Source of the DNA: Dudresnaya verticillata
Taxonomy: Eukaryota
Length of the DNA: 64,000 nucleotides
Direction of reading: 5' to 3'
NCBI GenBank assembly: GCA_977862235.1
Contig: OZ374561.1
Coordinates: 372,001 to 436,000 of the forward strand
Shown here: piece by piece, positions 45,701-55,039 of the stretch
Layout of the letters: the number at the start of each line of letters is the position of its first letter
Position numbering within the stretch: position 1 is the first letter of the stretch
Made by a program: the position numbers and the translations under genes
Notes under the pieces: model-generated
Database searches by the model: none
What the model was told of the DNA's origin: nothing
What the model saw: only the letters and a program-made list of their open reading frames with translations

Positions 45701-48700
45701 TCTCAGTACCGATGCTCGGAGACGGCGATACCGAGACTACTGCTGGTTGTTCCGTGACCTCAACCGAGGGTTCCGGAGCCTCCACATCAGGGGAACCCGG
45801 ATCTTCCCCAAACGGCGATGGCGACGCGGAGGCAGTTACAGGCAAAACCACAGTAGTGGTGCTCGGAGACGGCGATAACGAGACTACTGCTGGTTGTTCC
45901 GTGACCTCAACTGTGGGCTGCGGAGTATCCACAGCAGGGGAACCCGGATCTTCCCCAAACGGTGATGGTGACGCAGAAGCAATTACAAGCACAACTCCAA
46001 TAGTGGTGCTCGCAGACGGTGATGCCGAGACTGCTGCTGGTTGCTCCGTGACCTCAGACGTGGGTTCTGGACTAGCCACAGCGGGAGAATCAGGATCTTC
46101 AAACGGCGACGGTGACGCGGAAGCAGTTACAAGCACGAGCCCAGTAGTGGTGCTCGCAGACGGTGATGCCGAGATTACTGCTGGTTGCTCCGTGGCCTCA
46201 GCCGTGGGTTCCGGACTATCCTCAGCGGGAGAATCAGGATCCTCCCCAAACGGCGACGGTGACGCAGACGCAGTTACAAGCACGAGCCCAGTAGTGGTGC
46301 TCGCAGACGGTGATGCCGAGGCCGCTATTGGTTGCTCCGTGACCTCAACCGTGGGTTCTGGACTATCCACAGCGAGAGAATCAGGATCTTCCCCAAACGG
46401 CGACGGTGACGCAGACGCAGTTACAAGCACGAGCCCAGTAGTGGTGCTCGCAGACGGTGATGCCGATATTACTGCTGGTTGCTCCGTAAACTCAACCGTG
46501 GGTTCCGGACTATCCACAGCGGGAGAATCAGGATCTTCAAACGGCGACGGTGACGCAGACGCAGTTACAAGCACAAGCCCAGTAGTCGTGCTCGCAGACG
46601 GTGATGCTGAGATTACCGCTGGTTGCTCCGCGGCCTCAACTGTGGGCTCTGGACTATCCACAGCGGCAGAATCAGGATCTTCAAACGGCGACGGTGACGC
46701 AGACGCAGTTACAAGCACGAGCCCAGTAGTGGTGCTCGCAGACGGTGATGCCGAGATTACCGCTGGTTGCTCCGTGACCTCAGCCGTGGGTTCCGGACTA
46801 TCCACAGCGGCAGAACCAAGATCTTCAAACGGCGACGGTGACGCGGAAGCAGTTACAAGCACGAGCCCAGTAGTGATGCTCGCAGACGGTGATGCTGAGA
46901 TTACCGCTGGTTGCTCCGTGACCTCAGCCGTGGGCTCCGGACTATCCTCAGCGGGAGAATCAGGATCTTCAAACGGCGACGGTGACGCAGACGCAGTTAC
47001 AAGCACGAGCCCAGTAGTGGTGCTCGCAGACGGTGATGCCGAGATTACTGCTGGTTGCTCCGTGACCTCAGCCGTAGGTTCTGGACTATCCACAGCGGGA
47101 GAATCAGGATCTTCAAATGGCGACGGTGACACAGAAGCAGTTACAAGCACGAGCCCAGTAGTGGTGCTCGCAGACGGTGATGCCGAGATTACTGCTGGTT
47201 GCTCCGTGGCCTCAACTGTGGGTTCTGGACTATCCACAGCGGCAGAATCAGGATCTTCAAACGGCGACGGTGACGCAGACGCAGTTACAAGCACGAGCCC
47301 AGTAGTGGTGCTCGCAGACGGTGATGCCGAGATTACTGCTGGTTGCTCCGTGGCCTCAACTGTGGGTTCCGGACTATCCACAGCGGCAGAATCAGGATCT
47401 TCAAACGGCGACGGTGACGCAGACGCAGTTACAAGCACGAGCCCAGTAGTGATGCTCGCAGACGGTGATGCCGAGATTGCTGCTGGTTGCTCCGTAAACT
47501 CAACCGTGGGTTCCGGACTATCCACAGCGGGAGAATCAGGGTCTTCAAACAGCGACGGTGACGCAGAAGCAGTTACAAGCACGAGCCCAGTAGTGGTGCT
47601 CGCAGACGGTGATGCCGAGGCCGCTATTGGTTGCTCCGTGACCTCAACCGTGGGTTCTGGACTATCCAAAGCGAGAGAATCAGGATCTTCCCCAAACGGC
47701 GACGGTGACGCAGACGCAGTTACAAGCACAAGCCCAGTAGTGGTGCTCGCAGACGGTGATGCCGAGACCGCTATTGGTTGCTCCGTAAACTCACCCGTGG
47801 ATTCCGCAGTACCCACAGCGGAAGCATCAGGATCTTCTTCAAACGGGGGCGAAGACGCGGGTTGGGGCACAGGCGGCGAAGACGCGGGTTGGGGCACAGG
47901 CGCAATTCCTGTCGTGGTGCTTGTGGACGGCGAAGGGGATGCGACCGGTGGCTCTTCGGCAGCTTCAGAAATCAACTCCTCACGAGTGTTCTCTGCTTCT
48001 GACGGCGCTGCTGTTGCGGACGGTGTACCTTGTGCTGGCAGCTCGGGAAGCTGAGAAGGCGATAACAACTCTTCTGAGGTCGGGGATGCCTCAGCAGCAG
48101 GAATTGGAGGTTTAGACAACAGTGGTGATATTTCGAGCTCATCGTCTGAGTCTTCGGGTTGTTTCGAAGGATCTGGAGCATCCGGTGATGCCTCTTCCCG
48201 ATTGCGATCCGGGGGCGGCTCAATTGAGATCTCAGGCGTCGGAAGCTGGCGCCCTTCATCACTTGGTTCTGCTGTGGGGTCAAAGAAATTGTCACCTTCT
48301 ATCAGTGAATACGATACGATTGGGAAGATAGAATTTTCTATTCGAGGGGAGGGTGATGCCTGTAATCCAGGGTCATTGCTCTCATCACTAGGCATTGGGG
48401 TTGCAGTTCGAGAAGCACTTGGCGCATCGCTTGGTAATACAGACGGCGTTTCGAATGAAAGTGAGGGCTCTGGTAATTCACTTGCTTTGACATCCTCTTT
48501 AGAAGGCTTTGCAGAAGCATCAGGCTCAGCAGTGACTTCGGGAGAACCTTGGAAGACATCCCCGGGCGAAAAGATTGCAGGAGACTCAGATACGGGCTCC
48601 GGACTCAGATCGCCCTTCGGCGAAGAGTCTGGAAAGACGGTCTCGCGAGGGTCAGGTGAAATCTCTATATCGTCATCTCCTTCTCGTGGGGTTTCAGACG

Positions 48701-51700
48701 GCTCTACGGGCCCACCAATGGGAACAACTGGACTTGCAGAGGCGACTACTTCTGGACTGGTCGGCAAGAAGTCAGGCGAAGGACTCTCTCGTATCGGAGG
48801 GCCGACGGGTTGGACTGACTGTTGTGCTTCAAGACTTGGAGATGAAGAAACTGGTAAATCTGGGCTGATCGACTCCGGTCCATCTTCTGGTTCTCTGGAA
48901 ACCCCTGGCATGGAGATTTGCGGATCTTGCACCTGTAGTATTGATGGTTCCGGGCTCACGCCTTCGGAACCAAGAGTTGGTATTGGTAGGAGGATAGGAG
49001 TGCTTATTTCCACATCGGGTGTCGGTGAGCCGAAGAATTCTGCAGAGAGCTGGGGTGACTTCAAAGGTAGGAGTGTTGGTGGTTCTGGGGTGATGAAACC
49101 TAGAAGATCTGGCGTTGGCGGGGTCGATACTTCCACAACATTAATTTCTGACGAGGGCGTGGATATTGGAATAAAGTCCACTGGGATCGATGATGCCACA
49201 GGTTGATCATCACCCGCTAAGGGGCTGCGCGAAGGGGCAAACTGCTCTTCAGGCTCGTCTACAGAAGTCGAGGACTCGGGTGATAGGAATGGAGACATGG
49301 GCCCATCCACTAAGTTAGACGGTCGCAGCGTCTCATTACCTTCCTTGTCGGGGGGTTGGAAAGAGCTCGTAGGGTCTTCCTGAGTGATGTCGGGAATTGG
49401 ACTTTGCGATGTCTCTGGAGTCCAAGCTTCAGACCATCCCGGACTCGGCGTTTCGTCTTGATTGCCTTTGCTTTCACTGGCTGTTGCACTTTCTCGGAAT
49501 TCTTCCGTAGGGGGCACTTGGGAAGGTAGTACAGACATTTCCAACGTTGGGACCGAGAAGGGAGAGGGCAACAAGTTCTCCTCGTTCGAATCTGCATCTT
49601 CCGTTGGCGCCGGTATCTCCGTAAGAAGTGGGTCTGTGGTCGGTGCACTTTCTGGGGTCACTATCTCTATCTGTGGGGCGCTGGAGTCTTCTGGTAATGG
49701 TAAGAGTATTTGCAGGGACACCTCAGGAGTTGCCAAAGGCAGTGGCAACGGAGCTGGTAGAATACTCGGCCTAGCCTCTGTAGATGGCTCTGGCTCTGGT
49801 AGCGGGGATGGAAGTATAGAGACTTCTGGTGAAGCAGCTGCGATGCCTACTGTTGGTTCTGGTGATTCAAAAGCCGAACTGTCTCCGATCGCGTCATTAG
49901 TCTGTTTTGGCACGGGCTCCACTGAAAATTCAGCTACAGGCAAAGACGGTTCCACATTTCTGGAGGGCTCCACACTTGGGATATCGGCACCGGCACTAGG
50001 TTCCAAGGATGAAGATGGAACCGGCGTTGCTGATGCCGCAGGAGAAGCTGTTGCAGTTAACACCGAACTAGTCGCCGGCACAGCGGACGGAGATTGCTCA
50101 ACCGGGCCAGCAACTATCGACGCCGCGGGTGAGGTACTCTCAGAAACGCTTGGCACCAACACCAGAGCACTGATGGACGGCGAAGAAGCGCTTGTGGGAA
50201 GTGCCGAAGGCGACATGCGTGACGTAACGCTCACTGACGGGCTTTCCGATGCTGTGGGAGAGGTCGTCGGAGACAGTGACGTCGAGCTCGATGTCGACGG
50301 CGAAGCAGAGATCGAACTGCTCCCCGAGGGAGTCAAGGAAACAGATGCCGATGACGAGGGTGTCGGTGAGATCGTAATCGACGTGGTTACAGATGCAGTA
50401 GGCGTGGGCGTAGGTGACGGTTTGACAAGCAAGTCATCACATACAACCGGATTGGTGTCTGCACCGTCATTGATGACACCACCTACTGCAATAACACTCG
50501 ATGAGAGCGCTTCGACAACGTTTCCTCTGTCATCTGCACTTGTGCTGGCTATTGACGACGTCTTCACGTCGACAAAATTGCCACTAACAGCGGCGATAAT
50601 CCAGACGAACACATCCCGCAATCCATTGTCCGACAAAGCTTCAATCGAATGCGTCACCTGTGTCTGCTGATCTGTAACTTCGAAGTCTGAGTCGAAGGAC
50701 CCGACAACGACGACCTCCTGGGAATTAGGATCTATCACGATATCATTCCCAGACTGGCTCCCAGCACTTCCTGCTAGTTGCCGAACCCAAGTGTGCGCAG
50801 TATCAGCCTCCGAAACGTTATCATAGCGGATAACATAGGCATGAAACTCCGTGCCACCAGAGGAGGCCAAGTCGGTGCTGTCGAGAACACTCTGACTACT
50901 TGAGCCAACCACAAAATACCCATCAATTCCATCAGTGGTAAAGCCGGACACTTCAAAGCTCGCAAATAGGTCACCCCATTGCGCCTGACCCACAACGTTA
51001 TCGGCAGTAAGGCCGTACCTCCACAAAACGCCAATTCCCAGCACGTTTCCAACGGCGACAATTGAGTCGGAAGAATCTTCATAGACAAAGTCCAAAATCT
51101 TCGGCCCACTAGAAAACGTAAAGCCAAAGCCACTGGTGGTCACTGAGACCACAAGTGCATGCGAATCTTCCACTGCCAAAGTACTTCCATCAATCTCCAA
51201 TAAGCTAGACTCGTATAAAGCGGTGCTTTGCACATTCGGGTTGGAGCTGTAGATAGCCACAAGAAAGTTACCATTCGATTTCTGAACAACAGCCCTTGCC
51301 ACATTGTCGTAGCTTTCAACAGTGTCGTACTGTGCGCGTCTGAGCGCCTCGCCAGTACTGGGGTCATACACAACGATAGCAGCGTCAATGTTAGGCAAGC
51401 GGTCTGTGGGGGACGAAAAGTTTCCACTAGACGAGCCAACGGCATAAATAAAACTATCTGCCCCGACAACGGTGTCGTACAAAATCTCAGTAAATTTCTC
51501 CTTGTCATCATCGCCTGTGGTGGAGCCATCGGTAGTACTCCATTCGATGGCACAAAAAGCAGAGTGCTTTCCAATATAAAAGTTAGAACCCTGATGCCCG
51601 ACGAAATAGGAGACATCGTTTCCGTCCTTCGCGATAGAGAAGATTTCTGTGAACGCGAACGCAGGGTTTGTTTGAGTAAACAGGAGGGCCGCAGCAATCG

Positions 51701-51752
51701 TCACGACCACAATTTGCAGGCGGCTGTGTAGCCGCGCTGCCCCGACCATCAT
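42762..51752 (-). CDS. giant (~2996 aa) type I membrane mucin-like protein: signal peptide, beta-propeller-like head, PST stalk with tandem repeats, SEA-like domain, TM helix
   Basis: Uninterrupted 9-kb ORF with ATG at 51752; hydrophobic signal ending in AFA; beta-rich repeats (IYAVGSSSG..DAAIVVYD, YFVVGSS..AYVIRYD..WVRQL); TM AVASVSGVAVSMSLVAIIGLMLA; short acidic cytoplasmic tail. Confidence 0.92.
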   Translation of the reverse strand: MMVGAARLHSRLQIVVVTIAAALLFTQTNPAFAFTEIFSIAKDGNDVSYFVGHQGSNFYIGKHSAFCAIEWSTTDGSTTGDDDKEKFTEILYDTVVGADSFIYAVGSSSGNFSSPTDRLPNIDAAIVVYDPSTGEALRRAQYDTVESYDNVARAVVQKSNGNFLVAIYSSNPNVQSTALYESSLLEIDGSTLAVEDSHALVVSVTTSGFGFTFSSGPKILDFVYEDSSDSIVAVGNVLGIGVLWRYGLTADNVVGQAQWGDLFASFEVSGFTTDGIDGYFVVGSSSQSVLDSTDLASSGGTEFHAYVIRYDNVSEADTAHTWVRQLAGSAGSQSGNDIVIDPNSQEVVVVGSFDSDFEVTDQQTQVTHSIEALSDNGLRDVFVWIIAAVSGNFVDVKTSSIASTSADDRGNVVEALSSSVIAVGGVINDGADTNPVVCDDLLVKPSPTPTPTASVTTSITISPTPSSSASVSLTPSGSSSISASPSTSSSTSLSPTTSPTASESPSVSVTSRMSPSALPTSASSPSISALVLVPSVSESTSPAASIVAGPVEQSPSAVPATSSVLTATASPAASATPVPSSSLEPSAGADIPSVEPSRNVEPSLPVAEFSVEPVPKQTNDAIGDSSAFESPEPTVGIAAASPEVSILPSPLPEPEPSTEARPSILPAPLPLPLATPEVSLQILLPLPEDSSAPQIEIVTPESAPTTDPLLTEIPAPTEDADSNEENLLPSPFSVPTLEMSVLPSQVPPTEEFRESATASESKGNQDETPSPGWSEAWTPETSQSPIPDITQEDPTSSFQPPDKEGNETLRPSNLVDGPMSPFLSPESSTSVDEPEEQFAPSRSPLAGDDQPVASSIPVDFIPISTPSSEINVVEVSTPPTPDLLGFITPEPPTLLPLKSPQLSAEFFGSPTPDVEISTPILLPIPTLGSEGVSPEPSILQVQDPQISMPGVSREPEDGPESISPDLPVSSSPSLEAQQSVQPVGPPIRESPSPDFLPTSPEVVASASPVVPIGGPVEPSETPREGDDDIEISPDPRETVFPDSSPKGDLSPEPVSESPAIFSPGDVFQGSPEVTAEPDASAKPSKEDVKASELPEPSLSFETPSVLPSDAPSASRTATPMPSDESNDPGLQASPSPRIENSIFPIVSYSLIEGDNFFDPTAEPSDEGRQLPTPEISIEPPPDRNREEASPDAPDPSKQPEDSDDELEISPLLSKPPIPAAEASPTSEELLSPSQLPELPAQGTPSATAAPSEAENTREELISEAAEEPPVASPSPSTSTTTGIAPVPQPASSPPVPQPASSPPFEEDPDASAVGTAESTGEFTEQPIAVSASPSASTTTGLVLVTASASPSPFGEDPDSLALDSPEPTVEVTEQPIAASASPSASTTTGLVLVTASASPSLFEDPDSPAVDSPEPTVEFTEQPAAISASPSASITTGLVLVTASASPSPFEDPDSAAVDSPEPTVEATEQPAVISASPSASTTTGLVLVTASASPSPFEDPDSAAVDSPEPTVEATEQPAVISASPSASTTTGLVLVTASVSPSPFEDPDSPAVDSPEPTAEVTEQPAVISASPSASTTTGLVLVTASASPSPFEDPDSPAEDSPEPTAEVTEQPAVISASPSASITTGLVLVTASASPSPFEDLGSAAVDSPEPTAEVTEQPAVISASPSASTTTGLVLVTASASPSPFEDPDSAAVDSPEPTVEAAEQPAVISASPSASTTTGLVLVTASASPSPFEDPDSPAVDSPEPTVEFTEQPAVISASPSASTTTGLVLVTASASPSPFGEDPDSLAVDSPEPTVEVTEQPIAASASPSASTTTGLVLVTASASPSPFGEDPDSPAEDSPEPTAEATEQPAVISASPSASTTTGLVLVTASASPSPFEDPDSPAVASPEPTSEVTEQPAAVSASPSASTTIGVVLVIASASPSPFGEDPGSPAVDTPQPTVEVTEQPAVVSLSPSPSTTTVVLPVTASASPSPFGEDPGSPDVEAPEPSVEVTEQPAVVSVSPSPSIGTEIVLATASASPSPFGDGPDSTTAGTPGPIVEVTEQPSVISASPSASISTEIVLATASLSPSPFGEDPDSPTASTPEPMGEVTEQPVAVSVSPSASTATGIVPVTASASPSPFVEDPNTPAVSPEEPATETQPPLLASASPSASTTTGIVSVTDSASPSPSVQVPDGPISSPETTALVGTPIPSQPQPSTELPVPEETQAVFPAPSEVPAPSQPDATESPDPLSNGSTVTPSPLATPPTVTPTPVGPTVTPTPPELAVTTTPLGPTVTPSPLPSPPGTQSPFPSISIVGPTKTPTPLVSPPGTVAPLVSQSSSPVPSVTERFDFSMQPSLQPTETPGPVESTSIVGPTKTPTPLVSPPGTVAPLVSQSSSPVPSVTERFDFSMEPSLQPTEPPGPVESTSIVGPTNTPTPLVSPPGTVAPLVSQSSSPVPSVTERFDFSMQPSLQPTEPPGPVESTSIVGPTKTPTPLVSPPGTVAPLVSQSSSPVPSVTERFDFSMEPSLQPTEPPGPVESTSIVGPTNTPTPLVSPPGTVAPLVSQSSSPVPSVTERFDFSMQPSLQPTEPPGPVESTSIVGPTKTPTPLVSPPGTVAPLVSQSSSPVPSVTERFDFSMEPSLQPTEPPGPVESTSIVGPTKTPTPLVSPPGTVAPLVSQSSSPVPSVTERFDFSMEPSLQPTEPPGPIESTSPLPMPSTEQSASASATPSWSASNSGGGLLPFPSTEPSAEFSPEVSQEAPRSRTSSPSPSRTPVSVPIKSCIQAGVISEAELLQPADNFQRVNMEIQLAGTDLTNTCEFNNTIAQMFIDLSATNTQTMSEFWFITSVEDGPAVYVSGSTLVAIEEGDEDLGAVQVGSPSPSPSGSSGNRELFSGSVIVKITAYMTALSVKLAQGSYVEYIDSQIIVFALENEGYTSIEWTGMITDPEVLDSRAQQVAEEKSSTTAVASVSGVAVSMSLVAIIGLMLAKELVGGARASEAVLEGDDLV
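43656..44852 (-). repeat. coding minisatellite, 7 x 171 nt (57 aa)
   Basis: cggtccgacaattga recurs at 43812, 43983, 44154, 44325, 44496, 44667 and 44838. Confidence 0.95.
45230..47846 (-). repeat. coding minisatellite, about 18 x 144/147 nt (48/49 aa)
   Basis: Unit PF(G)EDPDSPAVDSPEPTVEVTEQPAVISASPSASTTTGLVLVTASASPS, counted in the translation. Confidence 0.93.
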
Positions 51753-52783
51753 GTTGGTTGACAATCGCTGCGAGTTGAGAAAAGTTCAGAGCGGGGAAGG
51801 TCAGTGGGTGCTGCAGGTTTGCTGGTAGAGTGCTTTCTGCGGATGATTGTTGCGGGCAGGAGGGTGCGTTGCGTCATGGTGGGACAGGATTCCGATTGAT
51901 AAGGCCTTGGTGCGGGCAGCTTCCTGTGCGTGTGTCAGCACTGAACTGCCAGTGTGTGTGTGTCAGTCCCGGACGGGGTGTTCGGTGTCTCATCTGGTTC
52001 GGTGATGGGGGATTAGTTGAAGGTGTGGGGCTCGATTGACCTTCGGAAATATGCATCGTGCGGAAAGATGGGGGAGCTGGAGCTATCGACAGCAGTGTAT
52101 GCACGGTAGGGCGAAAAGCGAAACGACGATGCTCAACTTGGGGCTGCAGGCGTGAGGGTGGAAGCGCGTGAAGGCACCGTGAATTGACGGAATGGCCAGC
52201 TCTGTTTCGGCAGGGGCACGGAAAGCGGCAATGAGGTGCAATGGGTTTTTGGCAATCGAAGCGAGACAGATGCTACCAGACAGTGCCCGAGCCCAAACGT
52301 TGTCTGCTCGACGTTGAGCTCGATTGCCATCCATCAGCACCACGCCCGGAGCCCTTGCGGCTCAAGTACGGTCCAAATTGCGCGTGTCGGTCACGGATAA
52401 TGCGAATACTGTAATTCACCACTGCGCGTTATTTGCATCATTTGACGGTGGACGCGGGCCCTCGACGCGCCGCATGCCGCGCATGTTGCCCACAGAACAA
52501 AGGCGTTTTTTGTCTCGACATTGTTGAGCGCCTGTAGATTCTCATTTCGTCGCGTCTCGATTGCAGTGTGTTGAGAATCCATCGGCAGCAATGCACGACT
52601 GCCCCCACTACCCTAAAAGAGGGCGGCACGTGTTGAAACTCGTCTCCTGCCTTCTTCCTCTCGCCCTCGAACGGTATGCTGTAGTGCAGTACAAAACCAT
52701 TAACCGGTTCGAAGGCGCACTCCTTCCCACATTCATCTTCGACAATTGTCTCTCCATAAAACATTCTGCGCGCCCTGTCGCCG

Positions 52784-54247
52784 ATGCCATCACGTCCGAT
52801 GCAACACACCCCGCCCTCTACATTACTCCCCTTCTTCGTCCTTCTCGGGCTCCTCCAACCCATACTCGCCAAAAATGGCACTTCTCAAACGAATCCCACC
52901 ACAGCAACCCTATTCATCCACCCCTACGCCCGCAATCGTATCTTCTCTGTTTCCGACGCGTCTCCGATAGCCACCGTCCTCAACACCTGTCCACACGCAC
53001 GCTACAACACAGCCCGCATCACAGCGTACTTCTCTTCTCTTGATAGGGCCGTGCGAGAGTCTATTTCCGAAACCCGAAACCTTTCCAACCCACGACCGCA
53101 CCCGCTATTTCCCGTCTGCAACAACCACAACCAGCCCTGGAAGTCGGGCTCGTCAAACTATATCAACCACCGAGGCTGGCCGCTTCCAGGGCAGCCGTCT
53201 TGCATCACCGACGTGTTCGGGCTCCCACAGTCTATAGCGCAACGAGGCAACCCACCCTTCTCCGCACCCGAGCTCCACGCCATTATCGTGCAGGAGGCTG
53301 TGCTGACAAACCAACACGCCGACAGCATCCGTGCATTGGTGACGCCAAACTGGACGTACGCGGAGAAGCCGTTCCGTCACTCGTACACACGCGGGCCTTT
53401 GACTTGCACCCTGGACAACGTGGCAGGGTTCCGCATCGGGGGCCAGTGGCACGTGTCCGTGCAGGTGACGAATCGACGCAGCCACGAGTGGGTGCGCGAT
53501 TGGGAGCGAGCTTACGTCGACGAGTACGTCCGACCGGTGTCGAGTCACAACAACCGGCTCGTCGCGGCGCGCATGGCGCTGCCCATGATGCCTCGGGTGG
53601 GGCACCGGGACGGTGAGCCGACGCACGTCGCGACCACGGTGGTGGTGCGGTGGGCAGGCGCGGCGCACCCGTCGCAGTTCTACTCGATGAACGTTGGCGA
53701 AAACGTAGCGCTGCAGGATGCGGTTCAGCAGGGCCAGATGAACGAGGCGCAGGTGGGCAGTGCGATGACCATGGGCAATGTGGGGATCCTGGCGTTGCCG
53801 CTGGTGCTGAATTTGGTGCCGTTGGCGGTTTTGGCGGATGTGGGGCGTGTGGTGGCGATCTGGTATGTAGTGTTGAGCCGCACCATAACGGCACTGCCGA
53901 TAGTGATCAAGGGGATAGAGCTGATCGGGATATCGCGGATGAAGTTTCACGGAATGGTGAGCAGGGTTGGGGATACGAGCGCCGAGGGCGGCACGACGGT
54001 TGCGGCGGAAGTTTGGGTGGCGGAATGTGGGATGGAAAGGAGTGTGCGGCGGACTGGGGTTCTATTTGTGGCGGTTGGGATGTCGATGATGGTGATTGGG
54101 ATGACTATTGAGGCGGCGGCGAGGCGAGCTTGCTGGGGTGCTCGGAGGGAATGGATCTACTCTCGGGAATGGAAAGAGAACTTTGCGGCGATGTGCGGGG
54201 GCCAGGAGGGATACCTTCCGGTGGAAGATGGTCTTCATCTGTGGTAG
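52784..54247 (+). CDS. uncharacterised membrane protein (signal peptide, ~300-aa ectodomain, ~3 TM segments), paralog A
   Basis: Signal LLPFFVLLGLLQPILA; N-glycosylation sequons; hydrophobic C-terminal segments; collinear similarity to 55040-56677. Confidence 0.85.
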   Translation: MPSRPMQHTPPSTLLPFFVLLGLLQPILAKNGTSQTNPTTATLFIHPYARNRIFSVSDASPIATVLNTCPHARYNTARITAYFSSLDRAVRESISETRNLSNPRPHPLFPVCNNHNQPWKSGSSNYINHRGWPLPGQPSCITDVFGLPQSIAQRGNPPFSAPELHAIIVQEAVLTNQHADSIRALVTPNWTYAEKPFRHSYTRGPLTCTLDNVAGFRIGGQWHVSVQVTNRRSHEWVRDWERAYVDEYVRPVSSHNNRLVAARMALPMMPRVGHRDGEPTHVATTVVVRWAGAAHPSQFYSMNVGENVALQDAVQQGQMNEAQVGSAMTMGNVGILALPLVLNLVPLAVLADVGRVVAIWYVVLSRTITALPIVIKGIELIGISRMKFHGMVSRVGDTSAEGGTTVAAEVWVAECGMERSVRRTGVLFVAVGMSMMVIGMTIEAAARRACWGARREWIYSREWKENFAAMCGGQEGYLPVEDGLHLW

Positions 54248-55039
54248 CAATAGGGTTGTGTTTCGGGGCAAGCCTGGAAGTGGGTCATTAGTGGGGGTGG
54301 GGTTTCCGCACATGGGATGTGCAGTGGAAGGAGATCTACAACCCGTCCTCCCCGCATGATGCGGATCAAAAATCAATCGCAAGGTAAAAAATTGTGCGGG
54401 CTGCAACACGCGGGCGCGTCTGTCACCACAAGCAGCCCCGGCGCGGGTGGCGCGGTTGACAGTCTCGAGTCTGGGAATGCCGGCACGAATGCCACGTTGA
54501 ATTTTGGAATCTGCAGACCTATTTCGGTCGACGATACGGATCCCCGCGATCCCCCTCACCACTCGGGGAGCAGCACCCAATCAGCGTCGAGGACGCGTTG
54601 AAGTTGAGCGCTCCAGCAATGTATGGTCTGCTTTTCCCTTCCACGCGCCAGTTGGAGGCGCGCGTGCCGCCCGCGGGTCCTTCTCCTGTCAGCTTGGCTG
54701 CCCGATATTCCCACACAAACATCCCCCAAACAACCCAAACAGACGCATATTCGGCGGCAACCTCGCGCGTCCACCGCGCGTCAGCAACTATGCCCCAGAA
54801 GCGAACGGCACCGCCGCCGCGTTGCGCAGAGCCAACTGCGCCGCCCCGCCGTGTGCTTCCAAACAGCCCCGCGGGCCCAGCAACCCCACATCACCTCGCT
54901 GCAGCCACAACTGATCGCGACGAACGCAGCCGCGCCAGCCACACCTGCGCCGTCGTCCACGCGCGACTGTCTCCATCGATGAAGTCGCGGCCTTGCGCCG
55001 TCGCTGCCACTCCCCCGCCGCCCGCGTCCGCCCCTCCAA

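Noticed and set aside
43656..47846. Regular repeats as a CRISPR-like array
   Set aside because: Contiguous in-frame coding repeats with no unique spacers, no cas genes, and a eukaryotic context.
45184..50670. Long plus-strand ORFs (956, 334 and 402 aa)
   Set aside because: Antisense shadows of the repetitive Pro/Ser/Thr mucin frame; Gly/Ser/Val-rich mirror composition with no independent features.
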